Shown one piece after another: positions 1 to 15,742 of a DNA stretch of 64,000 nucleotides. The stretch is from the human T2T-CHM13v2.0 reference genome, Homo sapiens. How positions within the stretch are numbered: the first letter of the stretch is position 1; every line of letters starts with the position of its first letter. The notes beneath the pieces are model-generated. The model saw only the letters and a list, made by a program, of their open reading frames with translations, did no database searches and was not told the origin of the DNA. Both the position numbers and the translations under genes were made by a program. Location of the stretch: the NCBI RefSeq assembly GCF_009914755.1, contig NC_060941.1. One strand, given 5' to 3'.

Positions 1-309
1 GTGGGAGACACAGATGGCAGGACACAAAGATAACATTAGCAAAGAAATATAAAAATAATGATCAGATATCACTTTGGGTCAATTTCCCTACCATCTTTCT
101 TATACAATGCTATTGAATAGAATTTGAAATGCAAATCTCCTTTCTTATCCTTGGGATGAACAAAGATAAGAGTTTTTAAATTTACAGAAAAGAGTAGGAG
201 AAATAAGATATAAAGTCAGAATTCTACCCAAAAATCTCGGTTGGTTAAACATGGTCGCATTCTTGCAGCTTTCTTACCTTTACAGGTGATGTTTTTCTTT
301 GTCTGGATC

Positions 310-597
310 ACCCATTTTACCCCTTCCTGCCTTTCTCCTCCAGGACAACTCCTTCTCATTCTTCAAGATTCAGCCTAAGGGTCACATCCTCCAAAAAGCC
401 ATCCCTAAGTCCTAGACTTAATCAAATGGCCCTCCTTTGTTTTCCCTCGTCCTCATAGGATTATAATTGTTTATGTGCTTTGCTGCATTGTACATTGGCC
501 TATGAACTCCTTTAATATACAAAATGTTTTGCTCCTATTTATATACTTAACATGTAACAGAGTGGCAAATATCTCGTAGGTGCTGAATGAATGAATA
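310..597 (+). mobile_element. L2 LINE 3' fragment
   Basis: Degraded L2 3' end, including 'ttcaagattcagcctaagggtcacatcctcc' and the terminal '...gtaggtgctgaatgaatgaat' tail. Confidence 0.65.
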
Positions 598-734
598 CAT
601 TCTGACACTGACCAGGTAGGTTTGGTCTGCTTATAACCAGAGTAGTCTACAAGCTTAAACTCAGTTACCAGTCACTTGATTGTAGCACGACACACACTCA
701 CCCTCACAATTGGGAATGGAACTCATCATCTAAC

Positions 735-920
735 AGAAACTTAAACCTAGAAGGGATAACAAAGACAAGCTAGTTCAGTCTTTGCTTTATATAGATAAAG
801 AAGCAGAAGCCAAATGGATTGAAGAGCTTTCCCCAAGGCCTCCCAGATGGTCAAGGATAGAACTGGGAATGAAACCTAGGATTTCTGACTGCTAAGCCAG
901 AAGTCTTTGCACTTTGCACC
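735..920 (-). mobile_element. MIR SINE fragment
   Basis: Reverse-strand MIR core: 'tttatatagataaagaagcagaagcc...ttccccaaggcc...gaactgggaatgaaacctagg'. Confidence 0.6.
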
Positions 921-1860
921 AGAATTCTCTCCTACTGGAGGGTCCTTCCTAGACTGCCCCGTAAGGACAGCATGTCCTTCCCAATGGACACTAAAGAGAT
1001 TCAAAAGGTAATCAATGAAAAGCAAATTTATTTTCTCACATATTGTTGAAAAAAACTCACAAAGTCTCTGATCCCTCATAGTGCTCAACCACTGGTTCTG
1101 AAACATGCTTCAAAAACTCAGTTATTCCAGGGTATTGTTTATTTTTTGTCAAATAATTTTGTGCACAAAAGACATTTAAAGGGCCTTGCAGACAGCATGT
1201 TGTCTTTGAATGGACAGCCAAGGACATCTGCCATAAGGCAAATTCTCATTTCAGTCAGAATGCTGACTTCCAATAAATCTATTCAAAGGAATAAAGTGAC
1301 TGTTCTGCCTTTTGGTAAAATACACTCACAGCTCACTAAGTATTTTGTTGATAGAATGTTAGCAAGTAGTGACAGAGAGCCAGGCAGCCTGAAGCCAGTG
1401 AAATGTAGCATAAGATCTACAAGTCACTAAGAATTTAAAACTTTGTTTAGGTGGCACTAGTAAGTCTAGTATGGTCTTCACAACACTTCGGTAGAGACAG
1501 TACTGGTGCATTGGAAAGAACAAGGGCTGGGAAAGTGGAAAGATCTGTTTAAGTCCAGCTCCATCATGTATTACCTCTGTGGCCTCCAACAAGAGGTTTC
1601 ATCCTCTTAGTCCCATCCATCCATTCAAGAAATATTTAATTAGTATCTATTTAGTGCAAGCTCTTTTCTAGGCACTGGATGGGTAGCAGTTAAAAAAAAA
1701 AGAGAGAGAGAGAAAACTACTCTCATCAAGCTTACATATTTATAAAGGGAGACATCTGAAGAAAAACAACACATGCACAAATAGAAAATGCATGTTATTC
1801 AGTGACTAGTATTATGGAGAAAAATACAGTTGGGGAAGAGAGAGTGCTGAGAAAAAAACA

Positions 1861-2184
<324 letters not shown>

Positions 2185-2585
2185 GAAGAAACCAATTTGA
2201 AATAGGATGATTAGGGAAGGTATCACTGAGAAAGTAACATTGGAAAGAAGGTTGAAGGGGTAAAGAAATGAATCAGGTAGGTATATGGGAATAAAGTGCT
2301 CCAGGCAGATAGAAAGCAAGCTTACAAGCCCTGGAGGGGCAGGGGTCAGAAGGGAGCATGGTGTGTTCAAAGACCAGCAAGAAGTCTGTGTGTCTAGGGC
2401 ACTATAAGTGATGGGGAGAGTTAATAGGGAATGAGCTACAAGAGATTTAAGAGGGGAAGCAGAGAGCTGGACCTTTTAGGGGCTTGGAAACTATTAAGAA
2501 GACATTGGCATTTGTTTCCTGAGTGAAATGGGAAGCTCCTGGAGAGTTTTGAGCAGAGGAGCGGAATGATCTGGCCCCAGGTTTT

Positions 2586-2912
<327 letters not shown>

Positions 2913-3457
2913 TGAAAGATCGCACTATGTTGAGAATAGTCTGCAGGAGGGAAGTGATGGAAGCACACAGAACTGGTAAGAGGCTATTGAAATGATCCAT
3001 GCAAGAGATCACTGTGGCTTGAACCAGGTAGGCAGCCATGGATAAAGTGAGAGGGGGCAAATTCTAGATATACTTAGAGATAGTGCCACCAGGATTTGTT
3101 GATAGACTGCATGTTGGGTGTGAGGGAAAGATAAGTCGATAATAACTTCAAAGTTTTTGACCTGAGCCATTGGAAAGAAGGATTTGTCATTAACTGAGAT
3201 GAAGAAACCTGAGGGAGGAACAAGTTTGTTGAGAAAAACAGGTGTTTGGTTTTTGATATCTCAATTTTGAGGTGCCCAGTAAACATCTAAGAGGAAATAC
3301 TAATTAGGCCACTGGGACCACCTTGTTGAAGAGAGGGCTAGACTGTAGATTTAAACCTGCCTGTAAACGATTTTTAAAGCAATGAGAGATGAGATCACTC
3401 AGAGAAGAGCAGTCATGCAAGGACTATGACCTCAGGTGCTCAATGTTAAGAGGTGGG

Positions 3458-3722
3458 TAATCAAAATAGCTGCCGTTCATGCAGTGCTTACCAGGTGCCA
3501 GGCTCTGTTCTAAGTGCTTCCATATATTAATTCATTTACTATCTTCACGGCAACCCCATAAGGTAAGAACTATTTATTATTCTTATTTGATAGATGAGAC
3601 AACTAGGAGAAAGAGATTAAGTAACTTTCCTAAGATCACCTACTGACTTGCACAGCCAGGATTTCAACCTAGGCTTTCTACCTTTAGAGTTTGGGCTTTT
3701 GACTGCTTTCTGACACTCTTCT
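3458..3722 (-). mobile_element. MIR (near full length) inserted in L2
   Basis: 'gtgccaggctctgttctaagtgc...ttattattcttatttgatagatgag...taagtaactttcctaagatcac' matches reverse MIR. Confidence 0.85.
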
Positions 3723-4359
3723 ATAACTAGAAGAGAGATGCTAGCAACAGAGGAGACTGAGAAAGGACAGCTGGTGAGGGAGAAGGAAAAACAGGCAACG
3801 TGGGGTTCTGAGAGCCAACTGAAGAAAGTGTTTCAAAGAGGAGGGGAGGGATCACCTGTATCAAATGATGCTGGTAGGTCAAAAAAGATGAGGATTGACA
3901 ATAGAATTCTAGAGGTCATCAATGACTTTCACAAATGTACTTCGGTTGATGGGTGGCAGTAAAAGTCAGATTAGAGTAAGTTCAAGAGAGAAAGGGAATT
4001 TAAACAATGATCTTGACTATTCTTGAGAGAATTTTTGAAATAGAGGGGAATATCTAAATGGGCAGAAGCTGGAGGTGAATATAGGATCAGCTGAAGTTTT
4101 TATTTTTTTTAAGAGGAGAACAAATAGCATAAACCTGTTGAGAATTATCCAGTAGAGAAGGAAATATTGATAGGGAAATAAAGATTTAAGAATATTGCTG
4201 CAGTGATGTCCTTGAGTAGTCAGAAGGTTTCCTTAGATGAGGAAAGCAACAATTCATTGACAGTAAGTAGAGGAGGCAGAGTCTGCAGGCACAGATGCTG
4301 GTAGTTGGGCAAGTGTAGTCATGGAACTTTGTGAACATTCTCTTCTAATTGCTTCAGTT

Positions 4360-4600
4360 CCTATGCCTCAATTTCCTCATCCATAAAATTGGAATTATAA
4401 TATCCCTCTCCCATGGTGGTTGTGAGCATTTAATAAGGCAACATATGTAAAATGCTGGTGTGATGCCTGGTACAACTTATGAGCTCAAATTATAGGAATT
4501 CTTTCATCTTTGTCCTTATTGGTTATTATTATTACCAGAATTTATTGAGCACTTACAATGTAGCAGACACTGGTACAAGTACTTGGTATACATTCCTCAC
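4360..4600. mobile_element. Tail-to-tail MIR fragments (+ strand then - strand)
   Basis: 'gcctcaatttcctcatccataaaattgg' (+ core) followed by 'tttattgagcacttacaatgtagcagacactg' (- tail). Confidence 0.65.
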
Positions 4601-5644
4601 AAAATGGCATTTCCATGGTGGGTCTTATTAAGGCTCTCTAAGCTCTTAGAAGGAACTAGTGTGTAACTTAGTTGACTGATTACCTCTTCAGTTCTTCCCT
4701 TTGTATCTTAAATTCATTTACAAATTTACAAATTCATTTTTAAAGCCATGAGCGATGATATATCCCTTCATGTCACCCCCATGAGAGAAGACTTTCCAGG
4801 AACTTATCTGGTTGAGGTTTCTAACATTTGTTCATTCACCCTGATTCATTGAGAGAGTAGTGTCCAGGACACAGAAGCATACTTTCCATCTAACGTGCTT
4901 TGTGGGATTAGATAGGGCACAGTAGACTAGGCTAAGCTATTTGCCAACCCTGGGTCTACTTTATGTTGGCTCCACTGGTAGAAAGTCCTTGAAACTGGGC
5001 AATAGGCATTTTTCCAAGGGCTGGGGCACAGGACAAGCTTTCTTCTGCTGTTTTTGGGGTAGTGGGAGGCAGGAGAGAAGTCAGTAAAGACCAGACCCTG
5101 AACATCAATGTTCTCAGTTGGGAAAAGAGAAGTTAGGATGAGAATGCCCTAGAGATCTACTCAGGCATTAACACTCTGTATTTTTTTTTTCATCACTTGA
5201 ACACACTCTCTTTCAAGTTTTGAAGTGAATACAGATTTCTCTACTGAGGGTCCCCTTGTCAAAACCGGTCAGTCATGAGAAACCCCCAGCCTTTCTAAAC
5301 AAGGAGCTTCCATGAAAGTAGATTCCCATTCTGTACTTACGAGGCTGTTTCTAAGAGTAAGCAGCAGAAGTCAGTGTCTTCTTCGTACTGAGCAATCTTG
5401 ATCAATCTGTGGTTCTGTTTCCCACAACTGAGAATTGGACATCCCAGGATTCTTACATGCTTGAGACCTGGAATTTAGGGCTGCCCCAAATATGTATAAG
5501 TGTCATAACCTGTTTCCTCTGAGGAAGCAGTTAAGGTTCAAATGGACCGTTGGAATGATCCTGGTATTTTATAATACAACTACAAGGACTTTCATTAAGA
5601 AATGAGGAGTCCCCAAAGTGAACTGCTGCAGAGTGGTGGATCTT

Positions 5645-5875
5645 TATATTTCTTATGGGGTGCCTATTATATGATATGCATTGAATGCTATTATTTATAT
5701 ATACTATCTCACTTACTTCTTGCAACCCTCCTATGGGGTAAGTATTACTATCTCTAATGTGCAGATGAAGAAAGAGATTCAGAGAGGACAAGGACTTTGC
5801 CCAAATACACACAGCTAAGAAGTGATAGAACTCACATTTAAACCTAAGTCCACTTAAATTTCTATAAGCCCTGGT
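5645..5875 (-). mobile_element. MIR
   Basis: 'tgcagatgaagaaagagattcagagaggacaaggactttgcccaaatacacacagct' is the reverse MIR core. Confidence 0.8.
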
Positions 5876-6361
5876 CTATTTGAAAGCCTTTAACTTTAAA
5901 TGGTATTACCTCCTTATTGATTTCCACAATGTTGAACATGTCTGAGGGTTGCAGAATCCTTCTATGACACTATGCCTATATGGCTTTACCTGGAGCCATT
6001 CTGGATGCTATAAGTTCATAAATAATGTCTCTTCAACTTGGTTAGGCTCACAGTGCCAATGTAGACAGATGATCTACGGCTTTGTATGGTATCATTGTTA
6101 GCTAATGTGTTACTTCATAGTCTTGGGTTGCCATCCCCTGGAGTGTTTTGATGCGATCAGTTGTCAGTTTCAGGTCTGTTGTTTCTCTCACCAGAAGCCC
6201 AGCCGGTGGAAACTAACAGCCCCAAAGCCCTGCTTGTGTTAGGGGAGCTATCGAACACGGATAATGACATAAACGAGTCGGTGTTCATCTGGGGAATCTC
6301 AGACAAAGCAGCCCAGAGGAAAACCATCTCTGTCGATGAAGGTTTGTTTCATTTGCAACAG

Positions 6362-6448
6362 GAAAAGCAGCAGCAACAGCAGCAGCAGCAGCGACTGGAG
6401 CCCGTGCACAGGCTGGGAAGAGGTAAAGGGAGGCTGAGGCTGCCGCAT
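6362..6448 (+). other. Candidate 87-nt exon containing the CAG tract
   Basis: Acceptor-like ttgtttcatttgcaacag|G at 6361/6362; donor CAT|gtgagt at 6448/6449; G-runs just downstream; open in frame 0 (EKQ8RLEPVHRLGRGKGRLRLPH). Confidence 0.4.
6368..6391 (+). repeat. (CAG)2 CAA (CAG)5 trinucleotide repeat
   Basis: Read directly from the sequence. Confidence 0.97.
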
Positions 6449-7127
6449 GTGAGTAGCATTTTGTGATTTCTTTGCAGCTGGGAAAGGAATGCTGGGGAGG
6501 GGTCTCGGCTGTGAGGTGGGCATATGTGTGTGGGTTGGGGCTGGCAGTAATTAACAAGTGCATTTGAAATCTGTCCTCCTCTTCCAAAGGAGGTACAGGA
6601 GTGTGCCCACACGCACTTGCATTTTCTCTGCAGATTATAAAAAAAAAATCAGCAGGTGGGACATATTTTCTTTTTTTTCCTTCTTCTTCAGTCTTTAAAG
6701 TGGGCTGCATGGCAGAAAGACATCACTGTCCAGAGGAGCTTTCCCAGGTGAAAGAACTCCCTAGAGGGTTTCTTTCCCAAGTTTCTTTTGCAGATGTGTG
6801 GATCTCTATTTCTTTGCTATCAAGCGCCTTAATGTGGAGGGGCATTTACATCCCTCTAGCTGCAAAAAGATGAGGGTGACTTTTGTATCTCTGGTTCTCA
6901 GCTGGAGTTGCCTGTAATAAACAGCACCAAATCCAATATGATTTAACCTCTCAGTTGTCAATGTTGAATGTGTTCAAAGAACACAGTCTGGGCACGGAAA
7001 AGCATGAGTTGCATTTTACCCATCCTCTCAGCCTGGGGAAAATAACGAGGTATTTCAACATTGACACCTGTTTTGAACTATGGGAAAGTTTTTTCTTTTC
7101 CTTTCTTTTCTTTTTTTTTAAATTAAG

Positions 7128-7181
7128 CCCTGAAATTTGCTATCTGTGAACACTGGATAGATTGAAGTTGAAAGGAGACAG
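7128..7181 (+). other. Candidate 54-nt non-coding exon
   Basis: 31-nt pure pyrimidine tract at 7089-7119, then aaattaag|; near-consensus donor CAG|gtaaga at 7181/7182. Confidence 0.35.
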
Positions 7182-8039
7182 GTAAGAATGATTTTGCTGT
7201 AAAGCACTTTTGCAGTGAGCATCAGGTTGTCTTAGTATAAGACAGTGCTGTATACCTTTGGGTAATGGTCGTTACTAATGCTAAATAATGTGCTGAGCAA
7301 AAGTGTGTCTGGTCATAAAGTTGCCTGTATCCTGGTTATCTGGAGACACAGGATCCCCCTCCCTGCCCTGCTTCTTTCTTTCCTTAAAGGCTTTGATGTT
7401 TCTCAGCATGTCATGCTGAATGTCTAGATATTTGGGAATCTGCAGTAAATGCATACTAGTTCATCTCCAAGAGAGGGGGAAAGGGGGAGAACGAAGGAGC
7501 ACGGGAGGAGCACTCTGCTTATCCTTAGAGCTGGCTTTGAGCAGCTGTGTGTAATGAGGGTTGAAGAGTCTGAGGCACTCTGCACTGGGACTTGGCCAGG
7601 AGTGGCGTGGTTGGCTGGATGCTTGGGTGCACAACTGAATGCTGTTATGTGGGAGTCAGGGCCCCAGCTCCCAAGTTGCTATGGGACATAAAATGAAATA
7701 TGAACCAGGGGATGGGAACTGGGGAGAGGAAAGAGCCATCTGTCTTCTACAAGATATCCTTTCACTGAAGCAGTTCTCCCCATGCTTCCCCTCCCTGCCC
7801 CCACCATGACACATGGGGGTAAACGGAGAAAGCTGTTCAAATCAGGTGATAAGTAGCAAGAGGGCTCAGGTGGCCATCCAAGTGGACAGGGCTCAATGCT
7901 AGGGGTCAGCACCATATCTGGACCCTTCCATGACACAGTGGTGTGCCTTGGCAGACAGGTTGAGAAGACCTAATTTAAGCAACCCAGGAAAAGCCAACAA
8001 AATAGGGCAATATGAATAATCTGATGCCTGTGACTCTTT

Positions 8040-8530
8040 ATTTTTTCCCGTTACTATTAATGCGTTGCAGAAACGTTACAGTGTTTTTAAAGGATCTTCT
8101 CCTAATCTCACCCCTTTAGCACCTCTGATTTTTCCCTGTGCCATCTCCCAATCTTTGTCCATGTATACATTTTTGACACGGTTGTAACTGTGGTTTAGAT
8201 ATTTGTATTTGTTTTGCTTTATTCCCTAGTATTATTCCAAAATACTTTCCCTTATTCCAGTACAACTTTCATAGAGATTATCATCTGTGGTTGGATTGAA
8301 TGAATTAATCCCTGATATGGATATGCTGTAATCTGTTTAGCAATTGTTGGATATAATTAAATTGCTTATAGTTTTTTTTCATAATTATAATGCCACTTAT
8401 GAATATTTCTGTGCCCAAAGCATTTTTACTTCCTGGGGGGATGAATTCTTAACATTGATATTACTAAGAAAATATGAATTTTTATGGCTTTTCATGCCTG
8501 TTACCAGACTCTTCTCTGAAACGTGTTTCT
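8040..8530 (-). mobile_element. Ancient L1ME-type 3' fragment
   Basis: T-rich, degraded L1M 3'UTR/ORF2-end pattern ('attataatgccacttatgaatatttctgtgccc'). Confidence 0.5.
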
Positions 8531-9518
8531 ATTTTCCAAAATCATCAATAATATGGTCCAGATAAACACCAATTATCTAGAGCCTGATGCACATTAGATT
8601 CTTTATTTTTTTCTCTCCCTAAATTAGGAGCTGTAAAATTATACTGGCCCCCTTTTTTAAAACTTGCTTTGAGTCCTAGTGAGCCAAGCATTCTTGTCCT
8701 CCTCAGGACAGGCCTGCAGCTTCCCAGGTGCCTTCACTCTGTCCATGACAGGCATGAGGAAATCAAGCATCAAGCTCAGCAGCCTCTCATTTCCATCCCT
8801 GTAAAGGATGAAGAAAGGAAAGGTAGAAGATCTCTATCCTGTCCCAGGGCACCTGAAAATCATGAGCCAGGGTATGCAGGAGGGGAAGCCAGCCTAGTTC
8901 CAAGCCCTAGAGCTCAATCCTGGCAGATGCCTTGGGGCCTCTGTCTTCCTTCCCTCCCCTAACAGAGCCAGCATAGAGCTAAGCGCACTTCTTGGGCAGG
9001 ATTTGAAGCTGATGTCTGGCAGAGTGGGTGTGGGGTTTGGGGGAAGGTGAAGACTAGCAAAGGTAATCAGGGGAAAAAAATAACATGTCTTATAGTTTCC
9101 ACTGCCCTGTAATGATCTCACAAGTGCATGTGCTTTAGTGATGGAGGCCAGACAGGGCGCAAGGATTTCTGAATGTCAACCCCTATCAAATCAGATTTGT
9201 AGAATACTTCTTTTTCAGTTTCTACCTGCTGTGGGGACAATTTTTTCAAGTGTTCTTTTATTTTCTCCTCCTTTGTGTCTTATCCATTTGGAGATTAATC
9301 TGTGCTTCCCTGACCTCCTAGGTAACTCACTTATAAATTGCTTCAGTGATAATCTCTTTTATTCATTTGCTAATGATTTGTGCAAAGGCCAAGAATGGCC
9401 AGTGGCAACCACACAGCAGCTCAGCATGCATTTGCCCACCCTGACCTGCACAAGTGGGAAATAACAGTGTCTTGGGAGCAAGACTTTCCTACCATATAGA
9501 AGCGGGTTTGATAAATGA

Positions 9519-12361
<2,843 letters not shown>

Positions 12362-12772
12362 TTTTTTTTAGAAGCTTTACTGACTTTTTCAGTCTGCGAG
12401 GGCTTATTAGAAGAAGCACTGCTTTACAAAACTGGGGAGCTACTGGAAGCTGGACTCTGATCTGAGTGTGATTTCCAGTGGAAGTGGTGGGGCAGTGGTT
12501 CAGGAAGGAAAGGAAGCCTAGGATGGACAGACCAGGAGAAATGGCATGCCCGTGGCCTGCAGAAAAGAATAAAGCTTTGGTCCACTAAGGAGAAGATAAG
12601 AGGCTTTTAAATGGTAGTATTTAAGAAAGACATTAGGAGGACTTTCTAAATGATAACACTTCTCAATCTTTAGTGTATTATTGGTTTAAGGTCTAGATTT
12701 TCTGCAAAATTATATTCAGGAGGGCAAGTGTGGTTTCTGCTTTATTCACTGCATGCATTCCCATCTCTCACC

Positions 12773-13085
12773 TAATAATGACAGCTTCCACTTAGGGCTT
12801 GCTGTGTGTGTTGGCCATGCTTTAAGTGTTCTAGCTACATTGTTTCATGTCATCCTCTCAACAACCCTATGTGGTGTGCACTATTATTATTTCCCTCTTA
12901 CAGGTTTAAAAATTGAGAAACAAGGAAGTTATACCAGAGAGTAGATGGGGTCTCACGTATGCCAGCCAGCAGATAAGAAGGCATTGCAGAAGAGAAAAGG
13001 GTCTCATGCCACTTGAAAGTTGTAGGACCACAATTTGAGCCCAAACAGTCTAGCTCCAGAGTCTGCATTCTTAATCACTGGACCG
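12773..13085 (-). mobile_element. MIR (fragmented)
   Basis: 'catcctctcaacaaccctatgtgg...tattattatttccctcttacagg' and 'tttgagcccaaacagtctagctccagag'. Confidence 0.7.
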
Positions 13086-13269
13086 TCAACTCATTTAACA
13101 TGGGATGAGGGAATGATAAAAAATGTAAAAGAGCATTGAAACACTACTGTGTAGCTAAAATGTACTAGTAATAATAATAATAACAGTAATGATGATGAGA
13201 TCACAATAGTGACTAATGCTATTTACTATGTACCAGATACTTTTTGTAGGGGCTTTGAGCATATATTAT

Positions 13270-13975
13270 TTTACTTTTTTTATTTCTAATATTTGTGGGT
13301 ACATAGGAAGTGTATGTATCTGTGGGGAACATGAGATATTTTGATATAGGCATAAAATTTGTAATAATCACATCAGGATAAATGGGGCATCCATCACCTC
13401 ATGCCTTTATCCCCCACCCCACCTCACTACCCTTCCCAGCCTCTGGTAACTATCCTTCCACTGTCTATCTCCATGAGTTCAACTGTTTTAATTTTTAGCA
13501 CCCACAAGTGTAAATGAGAGCATACAAAGTTTGTCTTTCTGTGCCTGGCTCATTCCACTTAACATAATCACAACTTCATTTCTCTCCATGACATTGCAAA
13601 TGACAGGATCTCATTCCCTTTTATGGCTAAATAGTACTCCATTGTGTATATATACTACATTTTCTTTCCCATTCATCTATTGATGGACACTTAGGTTGCT
13701 TCTAAGTCTTGGCTATTGTGAACAGAGCTGCAAAAAACATGGGAGTGCAGATATCTTGAATGTACTGATTTCTTTTCTTTGGGTTATATACCCAGCAGTG
13801 GGATTGTTGGATTTTATGGTAGCTGTATTTTTAGTTTTTTTTGAGGAAACTCCGAACTGTTCTTCACAGTGATCGTACTCATTTACATTCCCAGCAACAG
13901 TGCATGTAGGTTCCCTTTTCTCCACATCTTCACCAGCATTTGATGTTGGTTTTTAATCAATTTCCTTAATTAATG
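13270..13975 (-). mobile_element. L1MA (L1MA2/3-like) 3' fragment inserted in a MIR
   Basis: 'ttgtgggtacatagg...taataatcacatc...aaatggggcatccatcacctc' is an L1MA 3'UTR; the MIR halves lie at 13165-13268 and 14405-14548. Confidence 0.85.
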
Positions 13976-13988
13976 AGGAAAAAAGGTA

Positions 13989-14403
13989 TTTTTTAAAAAA
14001 ATTATTTCAATCACTTTTGGAGTACAAGTGGTTGAGTTCTATAGTGGTGAATTCTGAGATTTTAGTGCGCCTGCCATCCAAGTAATGTACGTTGTACCTA
14101 ATGTGTAGTTTTTTATCCCTAGCCATTCTTCCTCCCTCCCTCTTCTGATTCTCTGAAGTCCGTTATATCACTCCATATTAAAAAGTCAACAAAAAATAGA
14201 TGTTGGCTTGGATGTGGGGAAAAGGGAATGCTTTTACGCTGTTGGTGGGAATGTAAATTAGTACAACCTCTATGGAAAAACAGTATGGAGATTCCTCAAA
14301 GAGCTGAAAGTAGATCTACCATTTGATCCAGCAATCCCACTACTGGGTATGTACCCAAAGGAAAATAATTCATTATATGAAAAGGACACTTAAACATGTG
14401 CAT
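13989..14403 (-). mobile_element. Short L1PB (PB1-3-like) with 5' inversion
   Basis: L1PB 3' end on the minus strand at 13989-14173 abuts plus-strand L1PB ORF2-end sequence at 14174-14403 ('aaagtagatctaccatttgatccagcaatccc'). Confidence 0.75.
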
Positions 14404-14754
14404 GAATTTTTATTTAATCCTCACAACAGCCATGAAAAATAGCCACCATCCATATCTCTTATTTCACCAAGAAACTCACTCAGGTTTTGAGATGTTTTGC
14501 AACTTGTCCTGGGTCGTAGAGCTAGTGAGTCTGACCCTGATGCCTGTTACAGGCATGTCTCAGAGACATTGCGGGTTTGGTTTCAGACCACCAAAATAAA
14601 GTGGATGTTGCAATAACAAAATTCACATGATTTTTTGGTTTTCCAGTGCCTATAAAAGTTATATTTAAACTATTCTGTAGTCTATTAAGTTTACAATAGC
14701 ATTATGTCTAAAAAAAATCAATGTATATACCTGAATTTAAAAATACTTAATTGC

Positions 14755-15053
<299 letters not shown>

Positions 15054-15180
15054 TTAAATTGCTAAAGAATACAAATGCTCATCTGAGCCTTCAGGGAGTC
15101 ATAACATTTTTGTTCATCGTTGATGGCTGCTGACTGATCAGGGTGGTGGTTGTTGAAGGTTGAGGTGACTGTGGCAATTT

Positions 15181-15681
15181 CCTTTTTTTTTTTTCCTCTG
15201 ATTTTCTTTGATTCAGGGGGTGCATGTGGTTGTTTATTACATGGATATATTGCATACTGGTGGGGATTTGGCTTCTAATGTACCCATTACCCAAATAGTA
15301 AACATTGTACCTGATAGGTAGTTTTTCAACCCTTGCCCACCTCCCGTTCTCCTCCCTTTTGGAGTCCCTAGTGGTGTTCATTATCTCCATCTTTATGTCC
15401 ATGTGTACCCATTGTTTAGTTCCCACTTATAAGTGTGAACATATGAGATATTTGGTTTTCTGTTTCTGAGTTAGTTCACTTAGGATAATGGCCTTCAGCT
15501 TCATTCATGTTGCTGCAAAGGACATGATTTCATTCTGTTTTGTGGTTGTATATTATCCCATTATGTCTGTGTGTGTGTGTGTATTATTCCATTATGCCTG
15601 TGTGTATATATATATGTGTGTGTGTATGTATGTCTGTGTGTGTGTGTGTGTATGCCTAATGTGGTATATGTGTGTGTGTGG

Positions 15682-15742
<61 letters not shown>

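Larger units (their letters stand above)
6150..6700. promoter_or_regulatory. Candidate promoter or 5' exon region (repeat-free, locally CpG-enriched)
   Basis: About 11 CpGs in 6150-6520, well above the unique flanks; CAG tract; splice signals; G-runs; TEAD-like GGAATG and E-boxes at 6475-6500; TATAAAA near 6637. Confidence 0.45.

Noticed and set aside
6161-6466. 101-aa polyQ ORF as a standalone gene or known CAG-disease locus
   Set aside because: It starts at TTG and runs through splice sites. The flanks match no polyQ disease gene I recognise, and 8 units is short. Kept only as an exon candidate
6299-6612. Minus-strand poly-Leu 'signal peptide' and poly-Cys 'metallothionein-like' ORFs
   Set aside because: They are other frames of the same CTG repeat and stop soon after it
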